From assembly GCA_049322915.1 (NCBI GenBank), contig JBMOPW010000034.1:584567-648566 (forward strand): a DNA stretch of 64,000 bases, given 5' to 3'. Made by a program: the position numbers and the translations under genes. The DNA comes from Candidatus Zhuqueibacterota bacterium (GTDB lineage: Bacteria > Zhuqueibacterota > Zhuqueibacteria > Thermofontimicrobiales > Thermofontimicrobiaceae). Positions 59,138-64,000 of this stretch are shown one piece after another; position 1 is the first letter of the stretch; each line of letters begins with the position of its first letter. The notes beneath the pieces are model-generated. The model was given only the letters and a program-made list of their open reading frames with translations. It was not told the DNA's origin and searched no databases.

Positions 59138-61915
59138 TTACCGGGTGAATTCAAGCTCCAGCGTCACGATTTTCTTGTGCCCGATTTTCATGGCGATGCT
59201 GCCGTCTTTCCCGACCGGCAGTGGATTGATGCGCTCCTCGTTCAGATTGGTGATGAACGCAGATTTCACCGGCAGCCAGAATGCGATGCGACCGGCAATT
59301 TCCTTTTCCGTCGGATTGAAAAACCGAAGGATGACGGACCCGCGGGTATCGCATTTTTTCAGCGCGCTCAGGACGAGCGACGCAGGTTCCAGTTTCAGGA
59401 AGCGCTGCTGCTTGGGAAGGGTTCCTTCGGTACGGCCGCATTGCACCAGTTTGAGCGGCGCGAATTGGCGGTACGCGAATTCGTAGACAGCGCCGTTCTC
59501 CCAGTTCCCCTCGTGTGGGAACAGCGCGTACGCGCAGGAATGCCGGCCGGGGCATTGCGAACCAATCTGATCCAGACGCTCCACGCGTTCCGGCGGAAGT
59601 CCCACTTTGGGATACCGCAGACCCTTCACCAGAGTCAACATCATGGTGCGCTGTTCATTGTCCTGCACTTCGTACTCCACCAATCCATGGCTGATGACGG
59701 CCAATCCGCCTTTCCCGTCCGACATGTCGAAGAACGACAGATGCGGCTGGGCGCCGGTGTACGGCTCCACCCAATCGCGCGTGTCCGGCAGCTCGATGGT
59801 TCGGGTGACCACGTCGAACGCGGCTTCCGAATCCACTGTCGTCGAATTCACGCCGCTGGGAAAGCACACGCGCAGCCGATGATCCATGGCCTGGTTATCA
59901 AATGTGGTGACAATATCCAGCCGCGGATTCCCTTTGCGCAGCGTCAGCAGAGACGTGATGGGCAATGACACCAATTCTTCGCTGCGGCGCTGTTTGCCAT
60001 CCGCGAGACGCAGAGGCACGCGCATTTCAATATCGACCCGGACCGTTGTCTGCAATCCGCCATCTTCAATCACGCTGATCTGTGCGGCGCAGCCCAGGGA
60101 CGACACCGTCCGATTTTGCAGCGGCGAAATGCGGGTCCAGGGATCGCCGGCCTCCCCCTCATCTTCAAAGAAATGGCAGTCGGTAAATTTTCTGCCGGAT
60201 TTCTTGTGCGTGAGATCGAAGGCGCCATTGGGTTTCAGGGCCACGCGCAGGTATTCATTTTCCATGACATGGTTCGCCGTCATCATTGAACCGAAGTTGG
60301 CCAGTTCCGCCGCTTTGGTTCGGACGATGTAACTGCGATAGCCCAGTTCCGGCACATTCCCGGCTTCGAACACCATCCGAAAACGCCTCGTGTGGAACGG
60401 GGACGGAATATCGAACGGATTCATGACATTGGAGCCCCATTCTTTTCGATCCAGCAATTGAAAGGGCGCCGGCGCGCCGGTCGCGGCGTCGATCAATTCC
60501 AGTGACTTATTTTTTGGCTCGGCTGGAAAATCGACGTCGACGGCAACGATTTCGGTTCGCTCATAATTCAATGGATTGAACGCGACAATGGCGATGTCTT
60601 CCGCTGCAAGGTCGCTCAGATCCATTTTTTTCACAATCGCCGCGAAACTCAGGTTGGTCAGGGTTTCGCCGATCTGCTCCACCTGGTCCCAGCGATAGAG
60701 CATATCCCGATGCACCTGATCCATGCTCACCCCGGTGATGCTGTCGTGAGGGTGATTGGACAGCAAATTGCGCCAGGCGATTTCCAGATAGCGCTCCGGA
60801 TATTCCTGTCCCATCAGAAAGGTCACCGTGGCAAATGGCTCTGCCCATTTTTCCAACAGCGTCTGCATGCGGGCATTGATCTGCTTTTGATAGAGCCGGG
60901 TCGACATATTGTCTTTGAGAAACCGATTGAACCAGTTGTCGCGGCTGGGCTGCCGGCGTTCTCCTTTGAGCACTTTCAATGTGGACCAATCCACCGCTTT
61001 CCTGATTTTCTCGACGACTGCCGGGAAAGAGCTATGAATGTAACGATCGCCGGTCGCTTTTTGATTGCAGTAATCGATCACCTTCACCGTATTGGGATGG
61101 GGAGCCACGCTGTCCATGCCATCCATCACCACCAGATAGGGCACAGTCGCATCCGTGGCCACATCGTCTTTGATGTTTTTCATCCCCTGATCCAGCAACG
61201 CTGTATTGAAATAATTCAGCGACGTCGGTTTCAGCAAGCGGTAATCCGCATCGCCGGCATTGACATCGCAGCGCCGGAATGGCAACTGACCGTTTGTCCA
61301 GCGATAATAGCCGTCGAAAAAAGCGTCCTCGTACATGGTCGCCCGGAACAGATGCAGCCAGAACGACGCGCGGCTGAACTGGGCGCTGAGCCGAAGCCCC
61401 AGAATCTGGGTGCCGTCCGGCGCTTCCAGAATGTACTCGGTATCGCATTCCTCCCGGCTGATGCCGCGATAGAACATGATGCCATCGATGCCGAACCCAC
61501 TGTAAATCTGAGCGATCTGCGAGAGCTGGCCGTAGGAAGTGGGCGTGTAGCCGACTTTCATGACGCGGCCAAATTCGTTGCCGATTTTATGCCCGCGCAT
61601 CAAATTTCTCACCACTGCTTCGGCGCTGACGGTGTTCATTTCCGGCAGCGTGTACCAGGGGCCCACCAAAATTCTTCCGCTGGAAATGTGCCGTTTCAAA
61701 ATTTCTTTTTTCTCCGGCCGAATTTCCAGATAGTCCTCCAGTGGAATCGTCTGAGAATCGAGATGATAATGCTTGTACTCCGGATATTTATCCAGGAGGT
61801 CAAGCAGCCAATCCATCAATTCCACCAGATGGGTGCGGGTTTCCTGAAATGCATAGCGCCATTCGCGATCCCAGTGCGTATTGGAAATGACATGAAATTC
61901 GTACGATGCTGGCAT
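59138..61915 (-). CDS. Glycoside hydrolase family 38 alpha-mannosidase (MngB-like)
   Basis: SNTHWDREW, HLDSQT..LEDY, VGPWY, HPHDSITG, FNPL, GEAGD, DHRLRV; no signal peptide. Confidence 0.92.
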   Translation of the reverse strand: MPASYEFHVISNTHWDREWRYAFQETRTHLVELMDWLLDLLDKYPEYKHYHLDSQTIPLEDYLEIRPEKKEILKRHISSGRILVGPWYTLPEMNTVSAEAVVRNLMRGHKIGNEFGRVMKVGYTPTSYGQLSQIAQIYSGFGIDGIMFYRGISREECDTEYILEAPDGTQILGLRLSAQFSRASFWLHLFRATMYEDAFFDGYYRWTNGQLPFRRCDVNAGDADYRLLKPTSLNYFNTALLDQGMKNIKDDVATDATVPYLVVMDGMDSVAPHPNTVKVIDYCNQKATGDRYIHSSFPAVVEKIRKAVDWSTLKVLKGERRQPSRDNWFNRFLKDNMSTRLYQKQINARMQTLLEKWAEPFATVTFLMGQEYPERYLEIAWRNLLSNHPHDSITGVSMDQVHRDMLYRWDQVEQIGETLTNLSFAAIVKKMDLSDLAAEDIAIVAFNPLNYERTEIVAVDVDFPAEPKNKSLELIDAATGAPAPFQLLDRKEWGSNVMNPFDIPSPFHTRRFRMVFEAGNVPELGYRSYIVRTKAAELANFGSMMTANHVMENEYLRVALKPNGAFDLTHKKSGRKFTDCHFFEDEGEAGDPWTRISPLQNRTVSSLGCAAQISVIEDGGLQTTVRVDIEMRVPLRLADGKQRRSEELVSLPITSLLTLRKGNPRLDIVTTFDNQAMDHRLRVCFPSGVNSTTVDSEAAFDVVTRTIELPDTRDWVEPYTGAQPHLSFFDMSDGKGGLAVISHGLVEYEVQDNEQRTMMLTLVKGLRYPKVGLPPERVERLDQIGSQCPGRHSCAYALFPHEGNWENGAVYEFAYRQFAPLKLVQCGRTEGTLPKQQRFLKLEPASLVLSALKKCDTRGSVILRFFNPTEKEIAGRIAFWLPVKSAFITNLNEERINPLPVGKDGSIAMKIGHKKIVTLELEFTR

Positions 61916-61939
61916 AATCAGTCCTCACCTTCTTCGCAT

Positions 61940-62569
61940 TTATAATAACGATTTGACAACATCGACAGCCGTGGCAGCATCGGCAGCGTAGCCATCCGCG
62001 CCAATTTCCTTGGCGTAACTGTCGGTCACCGGCGCGCCGCCAATGACGATCTTCACCTGATTCCGAATATTGGCGTTCTTGAGCGCTTCGATGGTGGCCT
62101 TCATATTCAGCATGGTCGTGGTGAGCAGCGCCGACATACCGATGACGTGGACGCCCTTATTCTTGACCGCATCCACGTATTTCTCGGGGGAGACATCCAC
62201 GCCGAGGTCCACCACTTCAAAGCCGCCGCCTTCCAGCATCATCGAGACAAGATTTTTGCCAATGTCGTGCAAATCGCCTTTCACCGTGCCAATGGCAATT
62301 TTGCCCACCGGCTCCACGCCGGTCTCGGTGAGCAGAGGCTTCAATATCTGCATGCCGTTTTTCATCGCCCGCGCGGCAATGAGCACTTCCGGCACATAGA
62401 ATTCGTTATTTTTGAACCGACGTCCTACTTCGGACATGCCCACCAGCATCCCATTATTCAGGACTTCCCGGGGAGATAAGCCTTCTTCAATGGCCTGTTT
62501 CGTCAGATTCTTGACCTCTTCTGCTTTTCCGTTGATCAGATTCGCTGCCAAATTTTCTAGTGTTGTCAT
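61940..62569 (-). CDS. Corrinoid (cobalamin-binding) methyl-carrier protein, MtaC/MtbC family
   Basis: Cap domain (EFYVPEVLIAARAM), GTVKGDLHDIGKN (DxHxxG), SALLTTTM, GGAPV, IGADGY. Confidence 0.95.
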   Translation of the reverse strand: MTTLENLAANLINGKAEEVKNLTKQAIEEGLSPREVLNNGMLVGMSEVGRRFKNNEFYVPEVLIAARAMKNGMQILKPLLTETGVEPVGKIAIGTVKGDLHDIGKNLVSMMLEGGGFEVVDLGVDVSPEKYVDAVKNKGVHVIGMSALLTTTMLNMKATIEALKNANIRNQVKIVIGGAPVTDSYAKEIGADGYAADAATAVDVVKSLL

Positions 62570-62829
62570 GCTACGTCCCTTTCAAAAAATGATAGATTAA
62601 TTCTTCGTTAATTTGCATCGTTATATGGATTGAACCTCTGAACTTCTTTATCGACAGATTGTGATGATTTATTTCCCTGGTTCGGGCAGCGAGGCATTTC
62701 TACAAGCCGTTCGCGCGCTGAACGAGCGAAAAGAACCGCTCCGGCCTGAAATCTCGAAAACGGCCCATTCGATCCGATTGGAAAATGAAAGACAGGCCTG
62801 GCCGGTCGCAGCGCGGCTTTTCGCCGCGA

Positions 62830-63777
62830 TTAAAAATTGAACGACACGCTGACGCGGTTGACCGCGCCCATGATCTCGCCGAAATCTGTGTAGGAATAAT
62901 CCACCGTGCCGGCAACGCCGAGCAGCGACTGCTCCAAGCCAACGCCGAATGACCATTCACCCAGATCGGAATTCAGCCGATAGCCGCTACGGAGGAACAC
63001 CCAATCGAATGCGCCATATTCCAGCCCAAAGCTCATGCGTTCCGTATTATCCGTGGGATGAATCAAATCCACGATCAGTGTGACGCGGTTGTCCTCTGTG
63101 TGGAGCAAATCATCAGCCAGGCCCAGCTTGAACAGCAACGGCATGCGGAACGTATCGCGCAGCATCTTGATATCCGGGCCGAAATGCTGAGCCGCCACAG
63201 CGATGCGAAGATGGCGGAAGCCGGTGTCGTACAACGCGCCGATATCCATAAGCACGCTGGAGAATGAATCCTGATCCAACTGCTCCTTCACGTAGCGAAC
63301 CTGCGCGCCCATGGACAGTTTATCGGTGAATCGCCGCGCAAACGCCAGGCCCAGCGCAACATCGCTCGCCGATACCATTCTGCCGGTGCCGGCCTGTTGC
63401 AGCACCGTTGTCTCTTCAAATTCCGGCACGCCCAGATAAATGGCGCTGAGCCCCACAACGCCGATTTTTTCAATATTCATCGCCGCAGCCACGGCGCTAT
63501 GCTCGACGCCCAGCAGCCAGCCGGAATAAGAGAACGAGACCGCCCGCTTTTCAACGTGGGCAATGCCGGCCGGATTCCAGAAAATAGCGTTCACCCCCCT
63601 GGACACGGCCAGCGTCGCCTCACCGAGCGCGCATTCTTTCGCGCCAACGCCGATTTTCAAGAATTGAAGTCCGGCCGAGCCGGCCTTGCTGAAGTCAAAG
63701 CCGTAATCCCACTGAGCGTCGGCGGCGTTGACAAAGGCCAGGCTGAATATAATGATGATACTCTGTTTTATCTTCAT
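62830..63777 (-). CDS. PorV/PorQ family outer-membrane beta-barrel protein
   Basis: Signal peptide, FLKIGVGA...LGEA, AIFWNPAG, amphipathic strands, terminal Phe. Confidence 0.85.
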   Translation of the reverse strand: MKIKQSIIIIFSLAFVNAADAQWDYGFDFSKAGSAGLQFLKIGVGAKECALGEATLAVSRGVNAIFWNPAGIAHVEKRAVSFSYSGWLLGVEHSAVAAAMNIEKIGVVGLSAIYLGVPEFEETTVLQQAGTGRMVSASDVALGLAFARRFTDKLSMGAQVRYVKEQLDQDSFSSVLMDIGALYDTGFRHLRIAVAAQHFGPDIKMLRDTFRMPLLFKLGLADDLLHTEDNRVTLIVDLIHPTDNTERMSFGLEYGAFDWVFLRSGYRLNSDLGEWSFGVGLEQSLLGVAGTVDYSYTDFGEIMGAVNRVSVSFNF

Positions 63778-63815
63778 GAGAGAAATCTCCTCTTCCAAAT
63801 TTCTTGTTCAACCAT

Positions 63816-64000
63816 CTATTTGATCAGCATCAGCGTGCCTTTGGCGTTTCCCACTTCGGACTCGACGGTGTAGAGATAAACGCCGGCAGCCGTTTTCTGG
63901 CGGGAATCGCTGAGCTGGTCCCACACCTCTTCCCCTGAATTGGGATTATTGTGTTCCAGGGTGCGCACCAGTTCCCCATTGATGGTGTAAAGCCGAATGG
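63816..64000 (-). CDS. C-terminus of a protein with a T9SS-type C-terminal sorting domain (partial)
   Basis: Hand translation IRLYTINGELVRTLEH...WDQLSDSRQKTAAGVYLYTVES...GTLMLIK-stop; not in the ORF track. Confidence 0.8.
   Translation of the reverse strand, partial: IRLYTINGELVRTLEHNNPNSGEEVWDQLSDSRQKTAAGVYLYTVESEVGNAKGTLMLIK

Noticed and set aside
62570..62829. Possible cobalamin riboswitch upstream of the corrinoid gene
   Set aside because: No B12-box or conserved core motifs seen; only a short GC hairpin at ~62812-62828.

Overview
Bacterial chromosomal window with mostly minus-strand genes. A PorV-like gene, a T9SS-type C-terminal domain and a Bat operon point to an FCB-group organism, possibly KSB1/Calditrichota-like (inference). 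Left to right: (1) housekeeping block tRNA-Met(CAT)-tilS-hpt-ftsH-TPR-folP, where folP is missing from the ORF track because it runs off the edge; (2) three hydrolase genes; (3) an extended MoxR/DUF58/BatA-E operon ending in tonB; (4) a LysM-like membrane protein behind a sigma-54 promoter and a divergent GH116; (5) a ~700 bp intergenic stack of nested inverted repeats; (6) M1 peptidase, membrane protein, deaminase and rmuC; (7) a D-aminoacylase-buk-iorAB-ptb amino-acid fermentation module followed by a GAF sigma-54 activator and a sigma-54-driven HEAT-repeat protein; (8) DUF6125, hybrid kinase and CcbP-like genes; (9) a ~14.5 kb same-strand locus combining T9SS cargo/PorV, a corrinoid protein, a GH38 mannosidase, two DUF4185-like propeller proteins, paired ABC transporters with an HlyD-like adaptor, a PfkB kinase and a UroD/MtaA-family methyltransferase. 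Locus 9 is the best candidate for an undescribed system: cobalamin-dependent demethylation coupled to glycan breakdown. All family assignments are by eye from motifs; no searches were run. Several starts were moved from the ORF track to a downstream ATG based on RBS position or N-terminal sequence.
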